Part shown: in pieces, positions 12,400-24,756 of the stretch
Layout of the letters: the number at the start of each line of letters is the position of its first letter
Position numbering within the stretch: the stretch's first letter is position 1
Notes under the pieces: model-generated
Told to the model about the DNA's origin: nothing
The model's input: the letters and a program-made list of their open reading frames with translations, nothing else
Database searches by the model: none
Source: Vicugna vicugna
Taxonomy: Eukaryota
Reading direction: 5' to 3'
Assembly: GCA_013265495.1 (NCBI GenBank)
Contig: MU061538.1
Span: 1,569,339 to 1,633,338 of the forward strand
DNA length: 64,000 bases
Program-made: the position numbers and the translations under genes

Positions 12400-12760
12400 A
12401 AGGCTTCGTGATGCACGGCGTAGAAGTCCGCCTGGAGGAACCACCCGCCCAGCTGAGTCTTAGAAGAGCAGAAGGAGATCCCCAGGGAACAGGGGCAGAG
12501 CAGGCTGGAGGAGGAGGGTGTGCAGACAGGAGGGGCTCGGAGTCCCAGTCCCCAGACTCCAGGGCTGCGGTGTGCTCCTCGGCGGTGGTGCTGGCCCACT
12601 GAGACGTCTGGGAGAAAGTGGGTGACGGGGAAGGAGGGTGGCCGAAGGGACGAGTGCTGTGACTGGCCGGAGCACCGTCCAGGCAAGCTAAGAAGTGCAG
12701 AGAGGGCACGGACGAAGAGTTTAGGAAGGAAAACGAGCAGGTCTTGGCCGTCAGGGTTCT
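12400..12760 (-). mobile_element. L2 fragment
   Basis: cctggaggaaccacccgcccagctgagtcttagaagagcagaaggag resembles antisense L2. Confidence 0.5.
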
Positions 12761-12994
12761 GGTTGGCGCAGGGCGGCTTCAGTTCCCAGGGCAGAGGAGG
12801 CAGAGCCTGGAGCTGGTCCCCCACTGGCTCTGGTGTCGCGGCTACGTGTTAGTCTCAGAAGATGTCCCCCAAAGCCACAGCCGCCCTCACGTCCTGTTTC
12901 TGGATATGTTGGTGTGAAGAGCTGCTCTCCTGGTTTCTAAACTCACAGCAGAAATATTTCTGTTCAGCAGACTCAATATGTTCTTTCATCTTTT

Positions 12995-13110
12995 TCCATT
13001 TTTAAAAAATTGGCATCAGCCGCTTTACAGTGTTGCGCCCGCGTCTGGTGCGCAGTCACCCGCACACAGGCAGGTACTCCCGCGCGCAGCCTCCTTCCTC
13101 ATAGGTCAGG
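12995..13110 (-). mobile_element. Very short L1 3' terminal fragment, strongly GC-shifted
   Basis: tttacagtgttgcgcccgcgtctggtgcgcag...cataggt aligns to the L1 tails at 24570, 53870 and 56510. Confidence 0.65.
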
Positions 13111-14344
13111 CCGTACGTCCTCGTGGTGAGCGCAGAAGCAGACCCCCCAGCGGCTAGGCGGAAGACTCAGCTGGACGGGACTTGCCCTAGACGGCCGTCT
13201 GCCTGCGTTTTCGCCACGTGAATTCTGGTTTACTCGTCTGAAAATGAGACACTGCTCCTTGGTGGTTGTAACTCCTAGCTCATTGCTTGACATTTAAATT
13301 CTCTGAAATTCTCAAACCCCTGTGGCAGATGGGGTACCGGTTCTGGGTGTCTCCTCTCCAGGTGGCTGAATAACCAAAAACCTGATCCAAGGTGGCCGGG
13401 TGTGAGCATCCAGGTGAGCCGTGTCCCGGTGACCCACCTTGTCCGGTGACAAGTGCTGAGGGAGCCGGAGCCCAGCCTAGGCCTGACCGAGAGCACAGGG
13501 GACGGGGGAGGGGCGGGGACACAGGACCAGCGGTGCCCTGAGCAGCGGGTCACGCCTGCAGACGCGGGCTCGGGCCTCAGGGAAACCCGCGTTCCTTAGG
13601 TCAGAGACCCTGGGGACTCCTTCCCTGCATTGAAAGCAGAAGGCTGTGTCTGGTCCCACCTCAGCGTCACTGTCTACCAGAAACGTAGCTGCTGCCTACA
13701 CGTCCCACCTTCACGCAGTATTCAGGTCTGCACAGTGTTTTGGGATCTCATTGGAAAGAGAAGACGGGAAGCCGGCGGACGGCTCAGGAACGCGTCCTCT
13801 TTGCTCATCTCTTTCTCCGATTTGATGTATTTTAAGAAAGGCTTTTTCGGGCGACAACATTTGCACCTGGGGGAATTAGGGCTTTAACTTTCTTTGTAAA
13901 AAGAAGATCAAGACTTGTTGCCAAAATACATTCTCTTCTAGTCTCCTTTTCCTCAGTTGTCTCCAAAAAGAAACTAGCAGCCACGTTCTCCACCCCTACA
14001 TTATCTCTGAAGAAAAGTACTAGTGTGTTAGCCCCAGAACTAAGAGCAGTGCGGTCCAGGCCGCTCCCTTCCTGCGGCCGCCAGCTGTCTGCGGAGGGGC
14101 CGGCTTTGTGTGGACGCCGGAGTCTCTCGAGCATTTGTGAAGTGATGTTCGGAGGCACCAGGATCTTCCCTTGGTTTCTTCTCACTCAGGAGAGATTAAG
14201 CCACCACAAGGGGCACAGCAAAGCGAGAGGCAGCTTCCCAACCGTCCGTGTGGTCCACTGGGACCGCTGACTCCTTCTCTTTCCCAGGAGGCCACGCAAA
14301 GCTAACAGGAGGTTGTAGCACTGAATCCGCTGGGGGAGGGAGTT

Positions 14345-14450
14345 TGGTTTCCACCTCGGCTCTTCTGGTAACAGACCTGCAGACCCTGTCCAGTCACTTA
14401 ATTTCTCCGTGCCTCAGTTTCCCCATCTGTAAGTGGCAGTGACAGCCACT
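14345..14450 (+). mobile_element. MIR SINE
   Basis: Core gtcacttaatttctccgtgcctcagtttccccatctgtaa. Confidence 0.85.
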
Positions 14451-14689
14451 GCAGTAGAAGGTGTGGAAACTGTCGTTCCTGCAGCCTGGCGAGCTCTGAA
14501 GGGCCCTGAGTTTTCCTTGTAATTCTTGCAGTGAGAGAACAGAGTGGGTGTCGGGACGAGGTTACGCGTTCTTCCCGACAGAAACGTACAAAGCCTCCAG
14601 GTTAAAATTGTCGCAGCAAGAGCAGACGTGAACGATGCATCCAAAGGCCTCGGCCTTGGTCTGGTCTCTGGTCAGCAGGCCCCAGGCCA

Positions 14690-14797
14690 CGTGACCCCTC
14701 GTCTTCCTTGGACCTCAGTTTCTTCATGTCAGAGGGATATCAGGACCAGGTGATCCCCCCACCCCAGGGTCCCTCCAAGCTGGAAATCTCCTGAGTC
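14690..14797 (+). mobile_element. MIR3-like SINE
   Basis: ggacctcagtttcttcat...ggaccaggtgatc...ggtccctccaagct. Confidence 0.6.
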
Positions 14798-17700
14798 ACC
14801 CTAAGAAAGTAGCTTCAACGTGTAGTCTTAACACAGTGAAAGTCTTCTGGGAGGGAGAAGGAGGAACTTCAGTGGGCGTGAAGTTTAAGGGCAGAGTGGA
14901 GTTTTACCCAAGCCAGTTTCTAGAGCAAGGATTCCAGAGCGAGTCTAAGGCTGTCTTTACCTCTCAGGGCCAGCCTTGGTCACAGGCGAGGGGTGGCAGC
15001 CCCCTCGGTGCAGCTTTGGCATCAAGGAAACCCTTCTCTGTTGATGCCGGGGCGCTGCCTCCTCCCGCCAGCGTCCGCTCTCGGGGCTCAGCCCCCCTTC
15101 CCCAGCTGTCGTCTCGTTACGGAGCCAGCGCTCTTGGAAGAGGCGGTGGTGGACACTGTGCTTTTAGATTTATTATCTGCCATTTTTCCCCAACTGTAAA
15201 TAAAAATCCGATTTTTCCCTTGAGAAGGAGAGGTCATGCTCACAGGACATGGAGGGACCCGAGGTCACTAGCGGGCAGCGGGCCTCGACCTTCCTCCCTC
15301 TGCTCCCACCCCCCTCCATCCACAGGATGCATCCCCACGTGTCTGCAGGGCACACCCTCCCCTCCCTGGGTCGGGGCTCCCAGCCGGCGCTGACCTTCTG
15401 GGAACGGAGGCCCCTCCCCCACGGGGAGATGACGGATGCGGGGAGACACAGGGGGACGCGGGCCATCTACTATGTTGCATCATTTAGCTGCATGTCTGGG
15501 TTCAGTAGAACGTGAATGCCCCAGGAAAGCGCGTCCAGCTCTGTGTCAGGATGGACCCGAGTGTCTGCGGGGAAGCTGGATGCACCAGGGACGCCCAGAG
15601 GGGTTGACCCTGATGAGAAGCAACATAAACACACAAACGGCGGGAGTTCTCCGCAGCAGGCCTCCTACGATTCACATAGTCAAGTGCAAAGTAATGTCTT
15701 AGCTCAAGGTCCAACGTGGGTCGAAGCCCCCGCCCTCTCCAGCCGTATCTCTCCAGACACCCGCCCCCGGGGTGAGCGGAGTCTTCCAGTTGCTGCTCCC
15801 CCGAACCCTGGCCCCTTGCCCTCTGTCTCCAGCGGCCAAACCCCGAGAATCCTGTAGGACTCGGCTCCACTGTGACGTCTGCCTCCACCTCCCACAAGCA
15901 CACCCCACGGCCACAGGCTCCACCAGCTCCTATGTTGTTGAGGACACACCGGGGTGTGTGGCCAAGTCTAACCATAGATCACTGCCCGTGGCCCCAGTAA
16001 ACCAGTTTCCCCTTTGTGGATCCCCAAAAAGAAAAAAAAAAAGCTGTGCTCACTCAGAAAATGGCACAGACAGGGGACAGTGAGGTGACTCACAAGGAAA
16101 TTGGATTCTCCCTTTGGTCCCAGGCAGACCCGCTCACCACCCTGGGCAGAGTCGGAATGACCAAAGGGCCCCTTGGAGGCGCAGGCAGTCCCTAAGCGTC
16201 TGCTGGGACAGCCTGGCCCAGACAAAGAGCTTCTGGGGAGCGGAATTTGTTTTCTCGTGCGTTAGAAGTGTGAGAGTTTCAAAGGGAAAGTGACCGCGTT
16301 TCAGAAACACAACAATCGCACCACCGCGCAGAGGGGCCCCCTGGGCGGGGAGCGACCTCGCCCGGGGCTCCGTTGCTTGGTTTGTGCAGGACGGTTTAAA
16401 GCGGAGCGTATTGAAGGAACCTCCTTCTTTGCTGGGGGAGCGACTGCTGGCCGGCAGCACTGGAGACACCCGAACAACAGTTCACTTGGAGACGAGGCCG
16501 GTCCAGGGGTGGTTTCAAAGGGCGTTTGCACAAAGCCGTGATGGCTTCAAAGGCCCGCGGGAGTGAAAGCCGGCTGTTCTGGGAAGTCTGTTCAGGGCCA
16601 GGCTCACCATTGCGGGGCAACTTTATTTGTGCCACCATTTGCGGGGAACACGGAAGGGGCAGTTCGTGGCATCTGGTCTTGCTTGAGGCCACACCCACGG
16701 AGACACACACGCAGGACCACAGCTGCCTGTCCACAGCCTCGCCACTCCCAGGTTCGCATCTGCCAGGTGTCCCTGTGGACACGTAGCGTCCCACCCATCT
16801 GTCCGCCCGCTGACTCCTGTGTGTCTGGTGTGGGTGGCGCTGACTGGGGAACCTGGGACGGGAAGCTGCCCTGGGAAGCCGACACCTGCTGGGCAGCAGC
16901 TCGGGGGGCTGCTGTGGGGCCCCTACCCTGCCCGCCCCGTGGCCCCCCGCAGTGACGGGGGGCAGCCCGGGGTGGGGGCCAGAGGTCACGTGCTGCTTGG
17001 CGGCGTCAGGGGTGGTCCCTCCCGCCAGTTGCCTGACTTTCTCTGGGGGACTCTCTCCCAGAGGATAGCCTCCTGGCACATCGGTTGTGGACGTGTGGGA
17101 GGCTAGGGGGCCAGCGGGGCTATAAGCACTCGGGGTCCAGCTATGTCTGAAAGTCATGGCCGCCATGGCCACCGTGCCCTGGATGGAAGATTGGAGGGGA
17201 GGGAGCCGGAAGCCAGAGCAGCCTGTGCTGAGGCCGTGGGAGAGGGTGGCTAGGGGCCGCTGGTGCAGACCCGCTTCCCCACATCCTCCCATCTCCTGCC
17301 AGCAGAGGAGGGAAACCAGGATGCCGTCCCAGCGCAGGGCCCAGAGCCCGAGCGTGTCCCAGGGCACATCTGTCTGGAGCCCCGGGGTCTGTCTGTCTCG
17401 AGGTCGCTGGCTGGCTCCTGGCCAGCTCCAAGACTGCTCCACGGTCACCTTGCTGGCCGCACATCTGCTGCTGGCAGGCGTCTGGCACACGGCCGCACAC
17501 CTGCTGCCACCTCCACCTGGCAGGTCATGGTTCCCCTTCCCACCAAGTGGATGTGGTGGGTGTCCAGGAAGCAAGTCGGCCTGGGCTGTGCCAGCCACTC
17601 GGTGGTCACTTAGCGGGCGAGCGCCATTGCTCAGTGAACAGCCAGCCATCGAAGAGCAGGCTGGGAGCTGTGGGGACCGGTGGGTGAGCCCAGAGAGGGA

Positions 17701-18571
17701 GGCCCCCGGGTGCTCTCAGTCAGTTCAGGGAGAAAGAATCCAGAGTTTAGAGCCTGCCAAGTCCCCGTCTGGTTGGACGACTCCGTGCTCACGGAGCCCT
17801 GCTTCCCGCACCACCCCCATCCAGGCCCACAGCACAGCATCCAGACCCGGTGACACGGCCTTGGCAGTGCTGGCAGTCTGCAGCTCAGGGCCAGGAGGCA
17901 GCCTGGCCCTCCCCCCCACCGTCAGCAGGGAGCCTGGTCAGGCGGAATCAGGGGGGCTCCCTCGAGCAGCCCTCTTGCTGATCCTGCCTGGCACCCAGCT
18001 CCGCCCCTGTGCGCACCCTCCCGCTGTCCCACCTGTGTCTCATTTCAGGCCAGCGGCCCTTCCTGTCCATGAGGTAACCTAGGAAAAGAACCACGTTTAC
18101 AGCTGGACACCTCCCCAACCCTGAGCCCCAGGGACAGGGCTGCGAGGACTCCCGTGGGTCCGGGACAAGCCCCTGGTCCAGAGACACTTTCCCGTGCCCC
18201 CCACCCCCAGGGATCTGTTGCTCACTCAGCCTAGAAGCCCCTGACCAGAGGCACTTGCTTACTCCCTGGCTGAAGCATCCAAGCCTTCGGATGTGGGCTT
18301 CTCCTGCAGGAAGTGAGCTCAGGCAGCAGGGGTGACAGTGGGGAGGGGGGTTCTCTTCTGGGACCTGAAGGAAGTGGTCCCGACGTCACTGGCTGGCTGT
18401 GGGAGCACTGGGTTTGCAGAGGGAGGGGAGCACGTCCGCCGTACACTCAGCTCCTCCCGCCTGCAGAAGCCTGAGCTCCGGGCACGCCCAGGGGTCGTTT
18501 TCTGCTGCTTGTCGTCTCTCTGCTCAGAGCCTCATTTGTGCTGAGGCTGCTTTAAAAGAAAAAAGAAGAAA

Positions 18572-18900
18572 GCTTTATTGAGACATAATCCATATACAGT
18601 ATAGTTTCTGCACTTAGTGTCCAGTTCAACGGATGTATATTCAGTGTGCAACCATCACCACCGTTAACTTTAGGACACTGTTGTCTGTCCAAAAAGAAGC
18701 CCTGTCCCCATGAGCAGTCGTTCTGCATCCCCCACCCCAGCCCCCAGCAACCGTACCTGCCGTCCGCCTCCGTGGACCTGCCTCATCTGGATGGTCCGTA
18801 TCAGCGGCAGCCTAGCCCGCGGCTTTGTGAATCTGGCGTCTCTCCCTGCGCCTGTGTTTCTGAGGTTCATCCGTGTTGTCCCGTGTGTGGGACCTCACCG
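18572..18900 (-). mobile_element. L1MB/L1MC-type 3' end
   Basis: agctttattgagacataat...tgtgcaaccatcacca...aggttcatccgtgttgt. Confidence 0.85.
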
Positions 18901-19695
18901 TGTGGGGCTGCTCTTTGACATGCAGTCTAAGTGGTGGCTCACGGGCCCCCTCCATCATCTGCCAGGCCCCTGGAGGAGGGGCGGCCCCGAGGCACAGAGT
19001 GGGGAGCGCTGCCCCTGCAGTCCTGGGCAGTGAGTGGGCGGCTCCTCAGTGCGTGGCCCAAGGGGTGGCGTGGCCTCCCCGCCCAACATGCTGACACCAG
19101 TTATGTGTCCTGGAATGGAGCCCAGAAAGGGCACCGAGTGACAGTAAGAGACCTTGCGGACAGGTAGGAGGAGAGGTGGGCTCCTGGCCACCGATGGGTG
19201 AGGAGCTAAAGCACCTGGATGTTCGAAAGGAAAAGCATCTGATTCCTCCTCAGCCGTGTGCTGGGACGCCCGGAGGGCCCGCAGCCCCAGGGCGGGGGTG
19301 GGGGTGTGCCCTGGAGCCCAGTGACCGCCTCTCTCTCTCTCCTGTTGATCTTCAGAATTCTTAATTCTCCTGGTCGTAAATGGGGTGCTTCGACTGCTTA
19401 GCTGGACTATGGGGTGTACTTTGAGTAGCTGGGGCGGGGGGCAGTTCGAGTGCAGCCCTAGAAAAGAAATGATGAAGGACACAAGAGGGCCGTCAAGACA
19501 GAAGGAAGAGGAAGACTGTTAAGGTCTTAAGGGCCATCTGTCTCTCATCCCCCAGCCTCCTTCTCTCCAGCCTCCCAGACAGCTGAGTGACCCGAGCCGA
19601 CCAAGGAGGTGGAGGAACGTGTAGCAGAGGGAGGGGCGGGGCAGGCGGGCCAGGACGCAGACCTCCCACCAGGGCGGGTCTCGGGGTGCCATCAA

Positions 19696-21292
19696 CTGGA
19701 AGACCCCAGCTTCAGGCAGCCTAAGGCTTAAGGAGTTTGGGGCATCCTTTAAAAAAAATAATCCAAACTCTAAATACAAAATTAAATATAGATGTGAGTC
19801 TCTATTTAGAATGAGAAAAGAACCACAACCAATTACAAGTTTTTCAACGTTAACAAATACAGCTTGGCATCATGGAATTGGGAGACAACACGAGGGTTTC
19901 CTGGATACACTCTGCCACACGCCTGTGTAACAGCTTTCCTACGACTTTGGACTCCAAACCCTGGGACGGCCTCTTCTTACGACAAGGTCGTGGTAGCAGC
20001 ACTCACATGTCTGCCCTGCGGTTGTACAGGTTGTTTTCTTTATGTCACGTTCATCTTCTGCCTTTTTGTTTCCTGTTTAAGGAGATCGTTTTTCTATCTC
20101 CTCTGGTTATTTTTGTGGTCTTTACCTTTGGATGTCGAGATGCTTCATTGTTGCAAACTCAAAGGTTTTGTTTACTTAGAGATACAATGAGAGGTTCTGA
20201 GTTGCGAAGGGCTGCCTGTCTTCTGTCTTTCAGTTTGTTTGTATCTTCCTCTGGGAGCACTCCTTTCCATTATAGTCTAGTTTTATCGTGGGCAATATGA
20301 AAAAATGCAAAATGTGTAGGAAATTGAGGCCTACCCAAGAGCAACCTTAATGCACTTTTGAGGTGCTACTATGCTCCATAGAGCTATTTAATTGCGTAAT
20401 TAAATTTCTTACTGACTTATTTAGGAGAATGTTTATGAGTGTTGTCATTGGAACACATTTCTTTAAGCTGTTAAACTGTGTTGGTGGCAACTGTGTATCC
20501 ATTTTGGTGCAGACAGGCAGAACGAGTCAGTGAGATGCATAGGATATGCTAAGACGTAACACGATACGTTGGAATGGCAAAAATGCGCGGCTCCACGCAG
20601 GCCTTGTAAACATACAAATATATTCCACTTCACACAGTTCACAACAAGGTGGTCAGAAGAACGTATACTGCATTTAGGTTTACATATGCTTCATTGAAAA
20701 CTATATTCTTATCATGAGGGAAGTCACGTTTTGACCAAGAAACACATTTTCTCAGCACAGTTTGAGACATCTGATGACTGGGGGAATTTTCTGTACGCTG
20801 GCTTCCGGCTCCATACGTTCTAAACCTTGTTTCTCTGCATCACACAGTTCCTCTGGCCCAGACACAAGAGGCGCAGCCCAGAGCTGTGGGACCGCTGGCC
20901 CCACGGGTCACGGTGCTGTCTTGTGACGCCCGGCAAGTCTGCACCACCGGCGGAGGTGTTCTCGGAAGCCGTTGCTACGCCAGGATGCTTAGTGGTGACC
21001 CTGGTCTCCACCAAGAGGCAGTGGTACCACATACATCCTCACAACCCAGCCCAGCCTGGCCTTAGCTGGACCCTCAAAATGTCTGGCACCTCTGACCCCA
21101 CAGAACGTGAGGTGTGGTGAAGACAAAGCCGGAATAGAAAAAGCAGCAGTTCTAACCAAACTTCTGCAAATTTCGTGAACGTGCAGTCATGTGAGTACAT
21201 TGCTGGGGCCCCTCCCCAGAGTCCTGGGGGAGTTTCACACAGCGAGGGCCCTGCAGCACAAGCACGACTCCCTCCCTGTGACGCCAGCTCTG
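19696..21292. mobile_element. Long hAT-type DNA transposon fossil with MER53-like termini
   Basis: Left end gcctaaggctta...tttggggcatcctttaaaaaaaataatccaaa...aatacaaaatta and right end gagggccctgcagcacaagc...ccagctctg resemble the two halves of MER53. Confidence 0.55.
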
Positions 21293-21856
21293 CAAAGGCG
21301 TGACTTTGTCACCAGCCTCAGCCTCTCTGCACTGCCCGTTGCTCCCCTTCACACCTTCTCTCTCCCTGCTCCCGCCTTTGGGTTCTTACTGTTCCCGTGG
21401 GAAAAGAACATGACATTAGGTATTTTAGAAGTGAAGAGGATTCACAAAACTAGGACGAGGTAAACAGAGTGATTTCAAAGACTGAGTTTTGTAAAGATGT
21501 CAAACCAAATTGTTACAGATTTAACATCATGTTAGGAAGATTTTTGTTTGGAACTTTAGAATATGATCCTAACCATCACTGTAAAGAAGAACAAACAGGA
21601 GTGACAAAAACATTTCAAAAACTGGGTCTGGTGAAGGAGGTGGCTGGGGTACAAATCCCACCAAAATCTCTGAAGTCAACATAAGTAAAACAATACTTGT
21701 AATATCAAATCCAAAGACAGGTCAATGGACTGGTCATTCACTCAACAACTATCAATTGTGCTACTAAAAAATTCAAGGTGCAGAACAAATTGAACTAAAT
21801 CACACCAGAAAATATATTAAGATGCTCTCTATAGTAGAAAGGAAAGGGGTGTGAAA

Positions 21857-22570
21857 AGGAGGGAGTACTCCCAAACTCATTCTATGAAGCCACCATCGCT
21901 CTGATACCAAAACTAGGCAAAGACACCACCAAAAAAGGATTACAGACCAATATCACTGATGAGCATAGATGCAAAAATCCTCAACAAAATATCAGCAAAC
22001 GGAATCCAGTAATACATAAAAAAGATGATACGCCATGGTCAAGTTGGATTCATCCCAGGGATACAAGGATGGTTCAGCATACGCAGATCAGTCAACATGA
22101 CACACCACACCCACAAGAGAAAGCACAGAGACCACGTGATCATCTCAGTAGATGCAGAGAAAGCATCTGATAAAATTCATCACCCGTTTGTGATAAAACC
22201 TCTCACCAAAGTGGGTGTAGAGGGAACATATCTCAACATAATAAAAGCTACTTGTGACAAACCCGCAGCCAGCACAGTGCTCAGCGGTGAAGAGCTGTAA
22301 GTCTTCGCTCTGAAATCTGGAACAAGACAAGGACGCCCACTCTCACCACTTCTGTTCAACATCGTCTTGGAAGTCCTAGCCACACCGTCAGGAAAGAAGA
22401 AGAAGTAAAAGGGATCCAGGCTGGAAGGGAAGAGGTAGAGCCATCACTGTGTGTGGATGACGTGATACTATTTATAGAAAACCGTTAAGGCTCCACACAA
22501 AAGCCACTACAGCTGGTGAAAGAACTCGGCGTGGAAGCAGGATGCAAGACCAACACACAGAAATCTGCTC
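21857..22570 (+). pseudogene. L1 ORF2 reverse-transcriptase internal fragment, disrupted
   Basis: [62 protein letters not shown]; catalytic FADD decayed to CVDD; in-frame stops. Confidence 0.97.
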
Positions 22571-22620
22571 CATGGAGACGTCGGGGAAACCCGCTGCTTG
22601 GATTTGGGCTCCCATTCGTC

Positions 22621-22795
22621 CAGCGGTGCTTTGGAACCAGAGCCAGCTGTGCAAACCCCTTCCCTTCTCTGCATTTGGTGATGGCGTGAAATTGTCCGTG
22701 AGGGAGGATTTGCACCACAGAAATTGGCAGATGTTACTCGTCAAGGCTGCTTCTCCCAAAGAGGCAGCGGTTACACCCCTACCAGCTTACCACTG
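22621..22795. mobile_element. MER63A-like hAT MITE
   Basis: Termini cagcggtg ... taccagcttaccactg; internal atttgcaccacagaaattggcagatg. Confidence 0.8.
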
Positions 22796-22799
22796 CCTT

Positions 22800-23760
22800 C
22801 CGTCCCATGCCAAATTAACTCCAGACAGAGCGAAAGTAAAATTTAAATGTAAAAAGTGAAAGCTTTAACAAGATAGAAAAACACTTACGGGTATTTAACC
22901 AAGCTCTGTACGAAATCAATGGAAGGAAACTCAGAGTAGAGGACAAATCGATTTTTCAGTTATAGAAATTAATAATATATAAGCATAAGAAATATAAAAC
23001 ACAAAATTTTTAAAAGACAAACTGGGGGAATATTTATATGTAACAGCAACTCCCTAATCCTTCAGTGCATGAAGGCTCTTTGTATCAGTCAGTAATACAC
23101 AACATCCCACCAGAAAACAAACAAAAGGACAAGACAGGGTAAATCAGGAAAAAAAAGAAAATCTGTAATAACTATTAAAAAATCAGTTTCAGAAACAGTC
23201 AAAGGAATGAAAATGAAACATTGATGACTTGCCGTTTTTCTAGTCCAAAGGAAGCTAGTTTACAATCGTGCCGTTCAGCCCCGGCGTGAGCCCAGTTAAA
23301 CTGATGCTCCAGTCATGCTGGTAGATAAAATCTTTGGCGAGGTGACGGATAGTGTGCGTCGGGAGCCTTGAAAGTGTTTTACCCTTTGACATAGTTGTTA
23401 GGAATCTATACCAAAGAGAACCTGTAGTCTATACAAAAGCCTGCACAGAGAGGTATTTATTGTAGTGTTACTTACAATAGTGATTTGCACAACATGATTT
23501 CAATGTCAAATGATAGACATATACCTAAATAAATGAGGATGTTTACCTGGTTGCAATGCTGGACCACCATTATAAACACTGCTTTTAAACCCACCGTGTT
23601 GAGGGAAGTGGAATTCGTAATGCAATTTAAGTTTAAAAAAGGATTTTAAAATGTACATCTCTCTCTATCCAAATGATTTAAACATAATTGCCAAAAGGCA
23701 CAGCAGAGAAGAGGAATTGTCAAGGTTATGTTAATGACGTTGACCACCTCTGGGCTGGAG
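22800..23760 (+). mobile_element. Ancient L1ME-like 3' remnant
   Basis: A-rich; aaattaactccagac, accctttgac, taggaatcta, gtatttattgtagtgtta. Confidence 0.6.
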
Positions 23761-23875
23761 ACCTGCGGTGACGTGTAAGGCCTCCTTGCGGAGATCCAGG
23801 CGCTCGAGTTGTAGACCCAGGGTTCTCGCGCTGTGGATGGAAGAGTCAGCTGAGGACGCGATTTTCATCCTGGAC

Positions 23876-24078
23876 CAGGGCTGCCTAATGGAAGATAGTG
23901 TGAATCTGGAATGTAACTTCAGATTTTCCAGTACTCACATCAGCAGAAGGAACAGGAAGTAATCAACCTTTGGGTTCCGGTGTGCATCCTCCGTACAGCA
24001 TGCGGCCTGTCGGACAGACCGCGGTGCGAGTGATCAGCAGCACCTGCCGCCGGCGGTGGCCGCAGGGACAGCGCGGGA
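23876..24078. mobile_element. MER33/MER3-like hAT-Charlie MITE, GC-shifted
   Basis: cagggctgcctaatggaa...atgtaacttcagattttccagtactcacat; right end gtggccgcagggacagcgc. Confidence 0.55.
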
Positions 24079-24546
24079 ACACACGCCACCTGCACCTCCC
24101 ACCCCAGGGTCGACGTCTGGGACCCCAGCATAGGAACCCACACAGGGGGAGTTCCCCACGGCTTCAGGTCAACTCCTTGGGCGGACAGGACGGCTCTGCA
24201 ACCTGCAGCTTAGACGTGGGAGTCAGTGGGTGAGGAAGAGGTGTTTGCTCCAACTTCGGCTGCTGAATGTTGGGACGTGAAAACGCCTCTCCTAGTTTGT
24301 CTGCACGAGGTCTAGAAATGAAGGTGAGCTGGTGCATTTGCTGGGCTCTCCAGGTGCCAACTGGAACGGCTTTTTAGAGGTACGTAGTGACTGCCATTCC
24401 AGGTTTCATTTTGGAAGATATTTCAGGCTGGCAGTCTCGGAGTTCTGTGGCTATGAAAGCCACACTACAGTTAAAGCTGACGTACGTTGTCGTGTGATTA
24501 GGTTCATGGGGGCTGTTCTCTTCTTAATTTGGCGCAGATTCTTTTC

Positions 24547-24756
24547 TTTTTTTAATTCTCATTTTTTATTGACGTGCAGTCAATTTACAATGCTAGTTTC
24601 AGGTGTATGGCAAATGATTCAGTTATACCTATGTATATATATACGTTTCTTTCAGATTTTTTTCCATTGCAGCTCCTTGCAAGAAACTGAATCCAGTTCC
24701 CCGTGCTGTGCAGTAGGTCCTTGTTGCGTATCTGTGTTATACACAGTCGTGAGCAA
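24547..24756 (-). mobile_element. Short L1 3' end with target-site duplication
   Basis: Antisense L1 tail; flanks gcgcagattcttttc (24532-24546) and gcacacattcttttc (24757-24771), 13/15 identical. Confidence 0.92.

Noticed and set aside
16396..18082. Longest ORFs (417 aa minus, 308 aa plus) as protein-coding genes
   Set aside because: Pro/Gly/Ala/Arg/Ser-rich, overlapping on both strands, no recognisable domain; expected in GC-rich stop-poor DNA.
22025..22300. Active reverse transcriptase, retron or novel RT system
   Set aside because: Ordinary L1 ORF2 fragment with stops and a decayed FADD motif.
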